A DNA stretch of 64,000 nt from Eledone cirrhosa. Taxonomy: Eukaryota. The stretch lies in NCBI GenBank assembly GCA_964016885.1, contig OZ024741.1, forward strand, positions 52,080,001 to 52,144,000, written 5' to 3'. The stretch's first letter is position 1. The number at the start of each line of letters is the position of its first letter. A program made the position numbers and the translations under genes. The notes beneath the pieces were generated by a model. The model was not told the origin of the DNA, ran no database searches, and saw only the letters and a program-made list of their open reading frames with translations. Positions 1 through 17,796 of this stretch are shown here, piece after piece.

Positions 1-3769
<3,769 letters not shown>

Positions 3770-3984
3770 ATCAATCTCTGTACATGACTGGTATTTTATT
3801 CATCGACTCCGGAAGGATGAGAAGCAATGCTGACCTTGTAATAATATATGCCAAAAGCGCAGACGACACATTCAACACACCTCTCCACTGATTCCTCCTC
3901 CTCCTCCTCCTCCTCCTCCTACTACTACTACTACTACTGCTGCTGCTGCTACTAAGAGAAGAGTTTATGACATGTTAAATCAAT

Positions 3985-4160
3985 GGTGGATTGACAATAT
4001 CGGTAGAGGGGCGGACGTCATACTTTGACGCATAGAGTTACGGCCCTTGCCATTCTGAGTTCAAAACCCGCCGAGGTTAACTTTGCCTTTCATCCTTACG
4101 GGGTCGATAAAATAAATACCAGTAATGTACTGGGATAATTGCTGGCCTTGTGTCAAAAGT
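3985..4160 (+). mobile_element. tRNA-derived SINE, family 1
   Basis: B-box-like GAGTTCAAAAC and core CTTTCATCCTTACGGGGTCGATAAAATAAA; matches copies at 6785, 8321 and 50148. Confidence 0.85.
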
Positions 4161-4194
4161 AAAAAAAAACAATTATTTTTTTTTTTTCTATTTC

Positions 4195-6574
4195 GCCCCA
4201 CTCACCCTCGGCCTCCCCAGCTCTGGTGCTGACCGAGGCGGCCTGTCGACTGCAGCCTTTGTCAAGGTCAATGTTTCGTCCTTTGGGGCAAGCGCCCATT
4301 CCAAGCGTGCAGAAGGACGCCACAAACCCTGCTCTTGGGTGCCTCCAATCCTCCACCTCAGAGGCCAGGGCCAAGCGTTTGCATGACCGCGTAAACGCTA
4401 AACTTATCATGGGTGATGTCAAGGCCGCAGTCAGAGTGGGTGCCTCAGAGGACACTGCCCTCCAACCCACCGAGGAGGTCCTGGTTGCTCTGTGACTCAA
4501 GCACCCTGGGCCACCCGCTGACCTTCGACCCATACCCCCACCCAATCCCCACCTGCTCCTTGTGGCATCCGACGCAGACATCATGTCTGCCATCAAGTCC
4601 TTCCCAGCTAACAGCAGCGGAGGTGCTGATGGTCTCTGACCAGGCCATCTCAAGGAGTTGCTATCCCTTCTCTCCGCTGAGGCCGAGCGCCGCCTTCTGG
4701 GTGTAATTGTGGCACTCACCAATAGGCTTATCCATGGCGCCCTGGATCCTCACACCCAGGGCCTCTTTTTTTCGGCTAGCCTGACCGATCTCAGGAAGAA
4801 AGAGGGTGGCATACGCCCCATCGCTGTGAGCAATGTCTTTCAGAGGCTGGCTGCTAGGGTGGTCTGCAGGTCCATAACACCTGAACTCGATGAGGAGTTC
4901 AGTCCGGTGCTACTGGGTGTCGGGTGGCTGTGAGGGGACCTCACATGCAACCAGGCAGTTCTTCAATAGCTGCCCACCGGAACCGGCATCCAGGGACTCC
5001 AGGCACTTCATTGTCAAGCTTGACATGAGCAATGCCTTTAACTGCATATGCTGGGACCATCTGCTCAAAGCCTGCCTCAGTCGAGCCCCCTCCGCCTACC
5101 CGCTGGCCTACTTGTCATATGGAGACCCGAGCATGCTCCTTGCTGCTGACACGATCATACCTTCGGCCACTGGGGTCCAACAGGGCTTGCCGGAATATCA
5201 CGGCCCCTCTCAACGTTTGGTACCTGGATGATGCTACGCTGGGCGGGACCGTGGAGACTATCTGCCATGACCTTCAATCGGTGGTTCCTGCCCTGGCGGG
5301 AATCGGCCTCCAAGTCAACTCGTCCAAATCGGAAGTGGTGAATGTCAGCTATGATGCTGAGAGCTTTGCAGCCTCCGTCTTGGACGTGTTGTCCATTCTC
5401 CACCAGGTACAGGTGACCCCCAAAGAAGATGTCCTCATCCTCTGGTCACCGATCCACTCGCCGGCCATCTGCTCCACCATCAGGTCTAGGCTACAACAAC
5501 TCCAGACCCTCACGATCCGATGGGTCTTGATCGACGACCACCCAGCTCTCTTCCTGTTGCAGAACTGCTTCGCCATGCCGAAGATCCTCTACAACCTTCG
5601 CAGCGCTCCGTGCTAGAGCCACGCATCTCTCCTCGCTGACCTCGATACTTGTATCTGAGCGGCAGCTGAGGAGATATGGAACGTCAGGTTTGACGACATT
5701 GGATGGCAACAGGCCACTTTACCTGTCTGATATGGCGGCCTTGGCCTACGGTCCCCGATCTGGCTGGCTTTGCCGGCGTTTCTTACAACAGTAACCTCAT
5801 GCCGCGTCCTCGTCAGCAGGGTTCTCCAAAAGACAATAGAACCCTCTGTGTTCAGGGAACGTGAGGTCGCCTGTGAGACGTGGGACAGGCTGCGACTTAG
5901 CCCGGTAGACGTCCCTCCTCCTTCTCCCCCTGCTGACGTCAAGTCCCCCCAAAGCGTATGGGATACCATCCACTGCAGCCTGGCCTCAGACAACCTCACG
6001 CGCCAGCTCGACCAGCACCACCTTACCTGTTTTCGCGCGGCCTCCAAACCCCGCTTTCCTGTCGCCACAGTGCCGGCCGCCTTCCACGCCATGCTTCCCT
6101 CAACGAGGTCATCATGACTTGGACGCTGCAGGCTTCTCCTCCAAGCTCGAGCCGGTGGGGCTGGATCGAGGGGATGACCATCTTCCGTTCCGCGATGGCA
6201 AACCCCTCGTCTGGGATGCCACTTGCAGCGAGACTTTCTCCAGCCGCAACCTGGTGCAGTCTGCGACTAACCCAGGTACTTCTGCACGTCGGGCTGAGGA
6301 GGTCAAACTCTCCAAATACCGATCGCTCTCCGACAGGTTCGCGGTCGTGCCCTTGGCAGTGGAGACTTCTGGTGTCCTTGGCGCTAGGGCTACCTCCCTA
6401 TTCACCACCATAGATGCTGAGCTGGTCAGCCGCAGGTGTGAGCCTCGCGAGTTGGAATGGCTCTTCCTGCGCATCTCCCTCACCGTCTTCCGGGGAAACG
6501 CCTTCTCCATCCTGTCCGCTGGGGCTGTGGGGAGGCCAGCACATGGGACGCCATTTTCTCACCATACGGATTAA
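4195..6574 (+). mobile_element. Degenerate CRE-clade-like non-LTR retrotransposon (RT plus C-terminal restriction-like endonuclease)
   Basis: Frameshifted motifs GGIRPIAVSNVFQRLAAR, LDMSNAFN, GVQQG, WYLDD, GGLGL, then KPLVWDATC...EEVKLSKY...PLAVETSG; GC-rich relative to flanks; internal stops. Confidence 0.8.
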
Positions 6575-6784
6575 TAGGCAAAGTTATAAACTATTGTTTC
6601 GAACGAAAAAAAAAAAAATTCTCATATTGCTTCAAAACTTTCATTATAAAATATGAATTAAAAGATTATGAGGAAAGGAGAAAAAAACGAATCTATACAT
6701 TAGAGAATTAATATTGACAAACACTGTTGAAGGGAAATAACCTAATATTACATATAATATATAAGTGTGGTTATTTCCCTTGAA

Positions 6785-6970
6785 TGGCGGTGGATTGGCA
6801 GTATCGGTAGAGGGTCGGACGCCATGCTTTGACGCATAGAGTTACGGCCCTTGCCATTCTGAGTTCAAATCCCGCCGAGGTTAACTTTGCCTTTCATCCT
6901 TACGGGGTCGATAAAATAAAGTACCAGTAATACACTGGTTATTTGCTGGCCTTGTGCCAAAAGTAGAAAC
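6785..6970 (+). mobile_element. tRNA-derived SINE, family 1, with 15-bp TSD
   Basis: A box TGGCAGTATCGG, B box GAGTTCAAATC; TSD GTTATTTCCCTTGAA at 6770-6784 and 6971-6985. Confidence 0.9.
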
Positions 6971-7337
6971 AGTTATTTCCCTTGAAATGATTTCTTTTTT
7001 CTTTTTGTGTTGAATACAAGAACGAAATGCACATGATGACGTAAAAATTAATATTTATTTACATGTTTAATCAATTTAAACGTCCGTATAAACCTAGTAA
7101 GCGAAGACAAACTATGGGAGCTATCTAGTATCTCTTCCAGTTAAGAAGAGGGAGACAGAGAGTGAATGACAATAGGAAGCAAAGTAACAAAAGTAAAAAA
7201 TCAATGGCAACTTTAGAATAGCTGAAAGCTTCTGAAGCTCAATCTTTTCGTGGCCTAAATGTACTGAAAGATTTGTATATAGTTGGTAGATTTTTGACAT
7301 GCAAAGTTAGATGTTTTTAAAGACCAACTTCAAGATC

Positions 7338-7340
<3 letters not shown>

Positions 7341-7416
<76 letters not shown>
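7341..7416. repeat. (TC)n microsatellite
   Basis: Direct reading. Confidence 0.95.
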
Positions 7417-7420
<4 letters not shown>

Positions 7421-7883
7421 TTTCTCAAATTGGTAGTTTCTAAATTAGAATAAATAGTGCCAAGTATTTCTTGTCAGTCTCCACACGGACACAAGCGATT
7501 CCATATGACCAGTTCAGGAAAAAATATAGTTCAAACCATTTGAATCTAACAAAATCTTTGTTTATTAACATTGTTCACTGTCTGCTATATTTTAAATATT
7601 GACAGGTCTAACTGAGGTAATGGAGGATTAAGATTTGAGAGCTTTATATAATTACATTGTTGTTAAATGACTTGAATTCCGATAGATTTGGAATATAATC
7701 TTTATTTATTATTTCCCTTTGTGTTCCCTCCTTTGCCAATTCATCTGCTTCCTATTTCCTCTAATATATGTATGACCTGGTATCCAAATAATTGGTATTT
7801 ATTTATTATTATCATTTTCTGTAAGTAATATATCAACCTGAGTACTTAACTTGTACTTAATTTTATCGACCTCCCAGAAAGAT

Positions 7884-8090
7884 GAAGGCGCGTGGCTTAG
7901 TGGTTAGATAGTTAGATTCGCAACCGCAAGGTTGCTAGTTCAATTCTCGGACTGGGTGACGCATTGTGTCCTTGAGCAAGACACTTCATTTCACGTTGCT
8001 CCTTCTGCCACGAGTTGCGACTGGTAGATAGTATCAGCAATGGAAATACCAATGGAAACATTGTTTCCTTGGTCCGATTTGACGAGGCCC
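7884..8090 (+). mobile_element. tRNA-derived SINE, family 2 (CORE-like central domain)
   Basis: tRNA head GGCGCGTGGCTTAGTGGTTAG...AGTTCAATTC, then TGTGTCCTTGAGCAAGACACTT; second copy at 50973-51165. Confidence 0.8.
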
Positions 8091-8320
8091 ACCCCAATCG
8101 GCAAGGGAATGAGGTCTGGGATCTTGTCGATCGATCAGAGTAAGTGAGTGAAGGATGAAATGCAAAGTTGACCTAGGTGGGATAAGACCAGTTGATAAGG
8201 TAGGTCTGATAATATATTAAATTTCAATGGCACCTTCACTTATTTGTTACGCAGAATGAGTGGGGTAGGGTATAATGTCATAATTATGATTGTTTTGTAC
8301 GTTATGATATAACCAGGAAG

Positions 8321-8540
8321 AGGGTGGTAGATTGGCAGTATCGGTAGAGCGTCGGACACCATGCTTTGCAGCATAGAGTTACGCCCCTTTATTATCTGAG
8401 TTCAAATCTCACTGAGGTTAGCTTTTCCTTTCATCCTTACGGGGTCGATAAAATAAAGCACCAGTAATGCACTGGGATCGATTTAATCGACTTTCCCCTC
8501 CCCAAAAATTGCTGGCCTTGTGCCTATAGTACAAATCATT
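8321..8540 (+). mobile_element. tRNA-derived SINE, family 1, with 14-bp TSD
   Basis: A and B boxes, shared core; TSD ATATAACCAGGAAG at 8307-8320 and 8541-8554. Confidence 0.9.
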
Positions 8541-9272
8541 ATATAACCAGGAAGTGGTTAACAGTATTTTAAACTTGGTTTCTGATACAACAGAAGAGTT
8601 AGACAAGTAAACCACCATGAATGTATGTGTGAGTATATATGTGTGTATGTGTGTGCGACTGTGTACGTATGTGCGTATCAATGTCTGTGTATATGTGTGA
8701 GTATTTGTGTTTATATATGTGTGCTGGTATTTGTGTGTGTGCACCCGTAGGTGAGGAGCTGAGATTTTACTACGTATTCTACCAGATCAATCAATTAACG
8801 CTAGTTACTAAATGAAGAAGAAACAGAACATTTGTAAAATAACAAAAAACAAATCAATCGTGGTTCGAAAGATGGTGACGAGGAAGGTCGTATGACCACG
8901 GCTCTCCAAACTAAATATAACATTATCACCGAAAACTGCCCTTTTAACACATGTCAAATGAATTACAATATTGATTATTACAAATACTTTCACTGTTTCC
9001 TGACTATTAGTACCAGTTTCAACATAACATTACTTTAACGAAGTATATCTGACTTTCGCCAACAAACCACGTGTCGACATGAATCAAAAAAATAAATCAC
9101 AACATTTCTTAGGGATCACATTAAAGTACTTCCCAAACTCTATAAACAACAACATACACACAGATTTATATATAGATATATACCATACACACAAAGTGAA
9201 AAGAAACCACACTATTTCGTGTGAGATACTATACCGGCCAATTTTACCTACATTATAAAACCATTCTGAACA

Positions 9273-9848
9273 TTGACTTCGCTTCTAACCCACATACACA
9301 TTTTAATTATATATTCGTGTGCAGATCTTTTTGCGTACACACACACACAATACATAGGAAAACGGAAACAAAACATAAACATACATTCTATTTATCTCGT
9401 TAACAAATATGCTAAACTTACGCAGCACGTCTATTTGTTTATATTTTGTTCTCCTGTACGGATGGACAGACAGAACAAAATTGTTATTGTGACATACATG
9501 GATGAAGTGTGTGATAAAACTGGGCGATGTTCCAAAATAGAACATTGTCTAGAAAATCACGTCTGTCATCTATGTACAGAACCAAAGAACTCCTTCCGAA
9601 ATCGATGGGTTGAATGTGGTAAATGTCGTCTTTCTGTTTGTCTTCAATGTGCCACAAACTTTCGAAAGATCCCAGGTCAGAAAAAGAGACGCCATACTTC
9701 TATGATGGATGGACTCTGGGAAATGGTCCAGCTACCAAATTTGTCCTTTCAGTGCCTGGCGTGTGTGTCTGCCTCTACCATTGATTTCAGCTTTAAACCG
9801 AGAAATAGCAGGAATCAAATCAAGCTTTCGTGTAGAAACTCACAATGA
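9273..9848 (+). pseudogene. LINE ORF1 remnant with PHD-like zinc finger
   Basis: CHLC...WVECGKC...VCLQC...FQCLAC spacing; PHD fingers are known in CR1/L2 ORF1; ORF1-like sequence continues frameshifted at 9845-10135. Confidence 0.65.
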
Positions 9849-10861
9849 GGGATCTTACCGGATTCCTTTGTTTAAAAAATCTCCCCATAGCTCTTGTCGA
9901 ATCTAGACGCATTGAGAAAGCCACTGAATCTGTAAACCACAAAGTGATTGCCATTGGTGTACCAGAAGACATAGTTGATCTTCAGACATTTGCTGCCAGC
10001 TCATCCAAAGACCTAGGCTGTGCTCCCCCGAAGGGTGCTCTCCGCCTTGGCCGACCAGGTCCGAAACCCAGGCTAATTAGGCTGTCTTTCTTTTTCGAAC
10101 TCTACTCAGGCACATTCATATTTTTTAGCCTCTGATAAAGCTAGGCGTGAAAATCGGATTGCCTTCCGAACACGCCCTGGTCCTCCACCTGATGTACGTC
10201 CAAAGCTGCGTGCTGCAGCTTCCTTAAACTGCAACTCAGCACTCCATGAAAGCTTCAGCCTACATGATGATGGGCAGATATAGAAGTTTATTAAGGCTGG
10301 TGAAACATGGAGAAGAGATACCAGCTGGTCTGAACACACTGTACCCACAATAACTGGCAATGAAAAAAACTGAAAAAACTGTGGGAAACTAAATCAGAAC
10401 AACCTGCCATCTCCTGCACATAATCATAGACTGAAATCAAGGTACAAATTGTTGTCCTAAAATGCACGTAGTCTATGCAACATGATACATCTTTTTGATT
10501 CCTATGTCAAAAGTATCGACCCTGACTTCATTACAGTCATGGAAACATGGGTACATTCCTTACTCTGTGATGGAGTTTTCAGCATAGCTGGCTACAACTT
10601 GTTTCGTAAAGACGGCATTAATCGTCGTCGTCGTGGTGTAATGGTCTACGTTCGTTCAAACTTTTCAACAATTCTTTGCGTTGATTTTAACCAAGGAATT
10701 GCTGAAAATTTTGTTGGCTGCAAAGTGTAAATGATTTCCTTGAGCTAGTGCTGGACTCTATCCGCCGCTCGCAATTTGAATTTATCCGTAACTCCAGCTG
10801 CTGTGATCAACTTATCGAGTTTCTTGAAGACATCACCCGGATCACTGATGGTGGCTCATGA

Positions 10862-11938
10862 GTGGATGTTGCTAAAGCTTTTAATTCTGTGCCACACAAA
10901 AGACTTATGGCAAAACTCTCTGCAATGGGCGTGAAGAATGATCTTTTTAACTGGTTGAAGTCCTTCATTCTCAGTCGAAGAGAGTTAGTCACGGTTCTAG
11001 GACAGCATTCCTCACCGTATGAGACGTCATCTGGTGTACCGCAGGGATCTGTTCTTGGTCCCCTTTTGTTTGTGTCATATATTAATGACGTAGATACCAA
11101 CTTAAAGAATGCCACAGTACTGAAATATGCAGATGACATTAAGCTCTACCTTGAGATAAAAAGGACAGATCCTGAACACTATAGATCTTTCCTGCAATCA
11201 AACCTGGACACAATACAGCAATGGATCATGGACTGGCAACTGAAGCTGGCTGTGGACAAGTGTACCACCATGCATTTTGGGAGGAAAAGCCCATCGTCCA
11301 CATACTCACTTCAGAACTCTAATATCAAGAAGTCTTCATGTGAACGTAACCTGGGCATTACGGTCAGCAGCGATTTGCGGTGGACGAAGCATGTCTCTAA
11401 AATTGTCAAGAAGGCCGAGGGTGTCTCAACATCACTCAGCAAGACCTTTGTCAGCCGCTCTCCAGCTATCTATTTAAAGCTGTATATAGCTATGGTGCGA
11501 CCCCACTTAGAATTTGCATCACCAATCTGGAACCCCTATCTTGCTCAGAACATTGACCGCCTGGAAACTGTTCAGAGACGTGAAACCAAGCGCATACCCT
11601 CCATCAGACACCTACCATACTCTGAATGCTTTGCATCCCTGGACATGGATACATTGAAGCTCCGACGTCTGGCAACTGACTTAGTAAACACCCACAAAAT
11701 TATTAACCATCTTGCCAACAACAACCCTGAGCACCTTTTTGATTTCCATGTGACTAACACACGTGGGCATGCTTACAAAGTCAGAAAACAGCACATCCCC
11801 CATGACTTTCGGAAACATTTTTTCACGCTCAGAGTTGCTGAAGTATGGAACAAACTACCTGCATCAGTTGTTAGATGCCGAAATACTGCATCCTTTAAAA
11901 CCTCCATGCTTTCTGAGATTCACCAACACTGCACCTGA
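10862..11938 (+). CDS. CR1-type reverse transcriptase, C-terminal part (358 aa open)
   Basis: DVAKAFNSVPH, SGVPQGSVLGPLLF, YADD, VRPHLEFASPIWNPY, TRGHAYK, WNKLP. Confidence 0.9.
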   Translation: MDVAKAFNSVPHKRLMAKLSAMGVKNDLFNWLKSFILSRRELVTVLGQHSSPYETSSGVPQGSVLGPLLFVSYINDVDTNLKNATVLKYADDIKLYLEIKRTDPEHYRSFLQSNLDTIQQWIMDWQLKLAVDKCTTMHFGRKSPSSTYSLQNSNIKKSSCERNLGITVSSDLRWTKHVSKIVKKAEGVSTSLSKTFVSRSPAIYLKLYIAMVRPHLEFASPIWNPYLAQNIDRLETVQRRETKRIPSIRHLPYSECFASLDMDTLKLRRLATDLVNTHKIINHLANNNPEHLFDFHVTNTRGHAYKVRKQHIPHDFRKHFFTLRVAEVWNKLPASVVRCRNTASFKTSMLSEIHQHCT

Positions 11939-12754
11939 TATCCCCCCTCCATACACACGCACACATGTATATCATGACTCATACACTGTTCATTTTCCTG
12001 ACATTTGTACATTATTCTATGTACTCTACATGTATCTTTGACGAGTTGTAGTGCACCTGAGTACTGTACACAATAATTCCATTATTTTTATTATTATTAT
12101 AATGAAAAGAATAAAAACAACCTAAGCATAAATGAATTGGTTTCATTTACCTTACATTGACCTGCCCTCACTAAATGTCATTAGGTCAAGCTTAAAGGTC
12201 AATAAAACCGGATAATATTTATTTCTACAAGCATATTCAGCTTTCTATTGTAGAATTGTCCCAGTTTTCAGTGTGAATTGAACCTGGTCGTTCGGCTGAC
12301 TACCTATGTGTCATGAGGAACAGGCATAATACACACATTCATACCTGATCCTGTATCTCCCGCAGGAATTGTTGGGGTACCGTATTTACATACAATGTTT
12401 CTATGATATTTTAACACCTGGCGGAGCCCATCTCCTTTCCAGGTCTGGATATTTCTTCCAGAAATGGGTAGAGAGTGAAAGAATGAAAGGGAGAAAGATA
12501 TGGCAATGTGAAAGAATCGACCCCTGTGTACTTCACTGATACTTTTTTATCGACCTCGAAAGGCGAAGTTGACCGTGGCAGGATTTGAACTTTGAGAGCA
12601 GAGAGTCAACAGTTTAAACATGATTAAAATGTTCACCCTGTAACTAGGTAATTGCGGTTTCAATTCCATTGTGTGTGACTACTAAAATAAATGTTGTTTA
12701 TATATATATATATATATATGTATATTGGAAAGGGAGGATGTGTGATGTGTGTGT

Positions 12755-12905
12755 GCCTTTCATCTTTATAGGGTCGATAAAATAAAGTACCAGTAACACC
12801 TTGGGGTCGATTTATTCTAATCCCTCCTCAAAATAAAATTGTACCTAATAGCAGAAACCTTTGCACTGGTATAATTGCTGGCCTTGTGCCAAAAGTAGAA
12901 ACAAT
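12755..12905 (+). mobile_element. 5'-truncated SINE, family 1
   Basis: Core GCCTTTCATCTTTATAGGGTCGATAAAATAAAGTACC and tail GCTGGCCTTGTGCCAAAAGTAGAAAC. Confidence 0.75.
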
Positions 12906-13662
12906 TATTATTATTATTGGTCGTCGACAAGAGAAGACGTGTTTTTGTAAGCTCCGTGAGTTTGTAAATTTGAGTTGTTGTTTCTTTTTTATAAAATGGA
13001 TGAGACAGTCCCCCACCCCCAACTCCAACATTAAAACCTCCGTCTCGGGATAGTGACTTAAAAGTTGAGAGGAGGGATAACACAACTACAACAGACACCA
13101 TTGTGATCAAAGAAAAAATAACAATTACAAACATAACATACAACAACAAAATTAGTAACATTACCAACAACATGAACAACGACAGCACCAACACCCACAA
13201 CGAAACAAGTGAAAAAAACAACAACTCCAACTGCAAGAGCAACAACAACAAAAATAGCAACAAAGATAAAAATGAGATGGTCACAGCTCGAATGACTTTT
13301 CATAATGTCTGTCTGCAGAGTCAGGTCTGACCCAACAGCAAAAAACAAAACCATGACTTATTTTGCTGCTTACACCTACATAACAAAATTTTGCAAATAA
13401 ATAAGGACTTCTGTAACAATAACGCCATCAAACGACCTGGAGTAGTGCTTAAAATTGACATCAGAGAGATTTGAAATATCAGTGAAGAGACATCTAATAT
13501 GAATCCCTAATAACTGTGCCAATTGGCTGACTATAATTCATTTGAAAGCGTGTGTTCAGCCCAAATCTCTCTCAGTTCCTTTCTATTGAATGGTTTTCAT
13601 CCTGAAGTCCTTAACTTACAGTTACCATTCCATATAGTTATCCAAATCCACGCCATTGGCCC

Positions 13663-14106
13663 TTAGGGTTAGGATTTAGGGGTAAGGTTAGGGTTAAGGT
13701 TAAGGTTTAGGTTTTGGGTTAGGGTTAGTGATAGGGTTATGGTTAGGATTAGGGTTAAGGTTAGGGTTAGTGTTAGGGTTTAAGGTTAGGATTTAGTTAA
13801 GAGTAAGGGTTACGTTTAGGGGTAAGGCTAGGGTTAAAGTTAGTGTTAGGTTTAGATTTAGAGTTAGGGTTAGGGTTGGATAAGTGTAAGGGTTAAGGTT
13901 AGTGCTCGGGTTAAGATTAGTTTTAGGGTTAGATTTAGGGTTAGGGTTAAGGCTAGCGTTAGGGTTACGTTTAGTGTTATGGTTAGGATTAGGGTTAGTG
14001 ATAGTGTTAGGGTTTGAGTTAGAGTTCAGTGTTAGGGTTAGGATTAAGGCAAGTGTTAAGGTTAGGGTTTGGGTTAGAGTTAGTGTTAGGTTTAGAGTTC
14101 GGGTTA
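13663..14106 (+). repeat. Degenerate interstitial (TTAGGG)n-like tract
   Basis: About 440 bp of TTAGGG/TTAAGG/TTAGTG hexamer variants. Confidence 0.85.
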
Positions 14107-14320
14107 TATCATCATCATCATCATTCTATTCGTCACGGTCCTTCGTCATCTCCTCCATGAGCTTCAGCGATTTGAGGTCAGCTCTCACCACCTCCACCTA
14201 TGATTTTCGTGGTCTTTCTTCCACTGGGATTTCTTGGCACTTCTTTACCCAGCAGTCATCCTCCATGCGCATCACATGTCCATCCCAACGCAGTCTTCTC
14301 TTCTGCACACTACATTGGCA
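14107..14320 (-). mobile_element. RTE LINE 3' fragment
   Basis: Minus strand reads RRLRWDGHVMRMEDDC; (CAT)n tail. Confidence 0.6.
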
Positions 14321-14321
14321 A

Positions 14322-14999
14322 TTTCTGTCTGTTTGTGTGTTTGTTTGTGGATTTGTTTGTGAACCTAAAACTCAAAAACTACCAAACCGATCTTGATGAA
14401 ACTTGACACGTTTGTGGCTCTCATGCCCATTTGATTTCTTACGTACTTTGAAGTTAAAAAAACCCCCAATAATTTCCAGTCTGCATCGATTTTTTATAAA
14501 TCAATAGGACATTTGCATGCAAATGCTCATATGAATTATGTGCTAAGGATGGCTTTAGGCTAAGAAAAATTAATTGAATTTGCCCTCCACGGGCCGAGTT
14601 TTACCCAGAAAAATGGGATTTATGGGCTCTGGTTGGGTAATGCGGGAGTATTTTCCAAAAATGTATACCTGGCGGAACCCTTTGCGAGTCGAATAAAAAT
14701 CTTCAACGGGCCACAGTTGACACGCTGGCCGTAAGGATATTTTAAAATTACCTACCCACCCTAGACTGTGTCATCTTTGCTGTCAGCATGCGTATTATAT
14801 TTAACCGAATGGAACATCTTACGGCACGGATAGAAGGCCTCTGCGGGTCGCATTAACCAGTTGGCCGTGGTGTGGACATCTCCGACGAGGACTGTGCTTT
14901 CCTATAAGACTTAATTCAACTGAGAGCTTCATCAAGTGTTATTTCTGCACAAACAATTGTATTACTTAAACCCTAGCAACGCTGGGTACTTCAGTTAGT
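14322..14999 (+). mobile_element. Degenerate non-autonomous Helitron-like element
   Basis: 5' part CTAAAACTC...AACCGAT...AAACTTGACAC and 3' hairpin CCCTAGCAACGCTGGG...TTAGT both match the better-preserved copy at 26555-27268. Confidence 0.6.
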
Positions 15000-15004
15000 A
15001 TATA

Positions 15005-15143
<139 letters not shown>

Positions 15144-15216
15144 CATACATATACGTGTTTTGCAACGGGTCACTTTGTGGCTTAATGAGAAGTTAATAAA
15201 TTAAATAATCAGAGCT

Positions 15217-15487
15217 ATATATCATAAAACATGTCTACAGATAAAACATATACCATTTCCTCTCCCAATTAGCATAATCAACTATATAAAAAATCGAATA
15301 GACCAGGCTATAAGAATAAGGCTTCTATGAAGAAATTTCCAACAAATATTCAGTTATTTGTTGGAGATTTCTTCATAGAAGCCTTATTCTTATAGCCTGG
15401 TCTATTCGATTTTTTATATAGTTGATTATGCTAATTGGGAGAGGAAATGGTATATATTTTATCTGGTGATTCTATAGACATGTTTTA

Positions 15488-15495
<8 letters not shown>
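15217..15495. repeat. Fold-back inverted repeat, about 130-bp arms
   Basis: Arms centred on ...CCAACAAATA-TTCAGT-TATTTGTTGG... near 15352; one arm recurs at 24065-24172. Confidence 0.92.
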
Positions 15496-15582
<87 letters not shown>

Positions 15583-15599
15583 TAAAACTTTATGTCGTA

Positions 15600-17153
<1,554 letters not shown>

Positions 17154-17551
17154 ATATAGAGAAGTGACATACGAGTTGATATATATTAAAAATAGTAAAA
17201 AAGAAAAAAACAATAGAAAATGCTAAAGAGATTTTCTCTCAGAATAACATCAAAATAGGAATTTCCGCATTATTTGTACCGGTTTCAGCTCGTATGCTTT
17301 ATCACACGACGGAAGTGTGTAATGCAATTAAATTGCATATTAATAAGAATATGGGGGAAATAAAATTGTTTTTACATACATATATAGGGAGGAAAGTTAA
17401 CATTTTTGTCTGTAATTTTCTTTCTTTCTCTCTTAGTGCTGACCTTAGCCAAATTAATGAAAAACATCGTTACACAGGCCAACGTTCAGTTGACTTTAAC
17501 AACACATACATACATATATATATGTATATATATATATAGAGATATATATAT

Positions 17552-17635
<84 letters not shown>

Positions 17636-17685
17636 CGAAAGAAATGTGGTAAGGAACCAGGTGGACCATAACGCACCTACTCGTT

Positions 17686-17769
<84 letters not shown>

Positions 17770-17796
17770 CATATGTATATACATATGCATACATAT

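Larger units (their letters stand above)
9273..12100 (+). mobile_element. CR1-clade LINE, internally deleted
   Basis: ORF1-like Cys-rich region, APE endonuclease start (VLNARSL...ITVMETW...YNLFRKD) near 10450-10730, abrupt jump to the RT C-terminal half, (ATT)n tail near 12080-12100; 5' boundary uncertain. Confidence 0.85.

Noticed and set aside
7884-7960. tRNA-like sequence (also 50973-51050 and SINE family 1 heads)
   Set aside because: A and B boxes are present, but the cloverleaf is broken and each continues into a SINE body.
15454-15495. TATTTTAT-CTGGTGA...GACA motif at the fold-back end resembling family A HHR
   Set aside because: Two core positions differ and stem II is absent.
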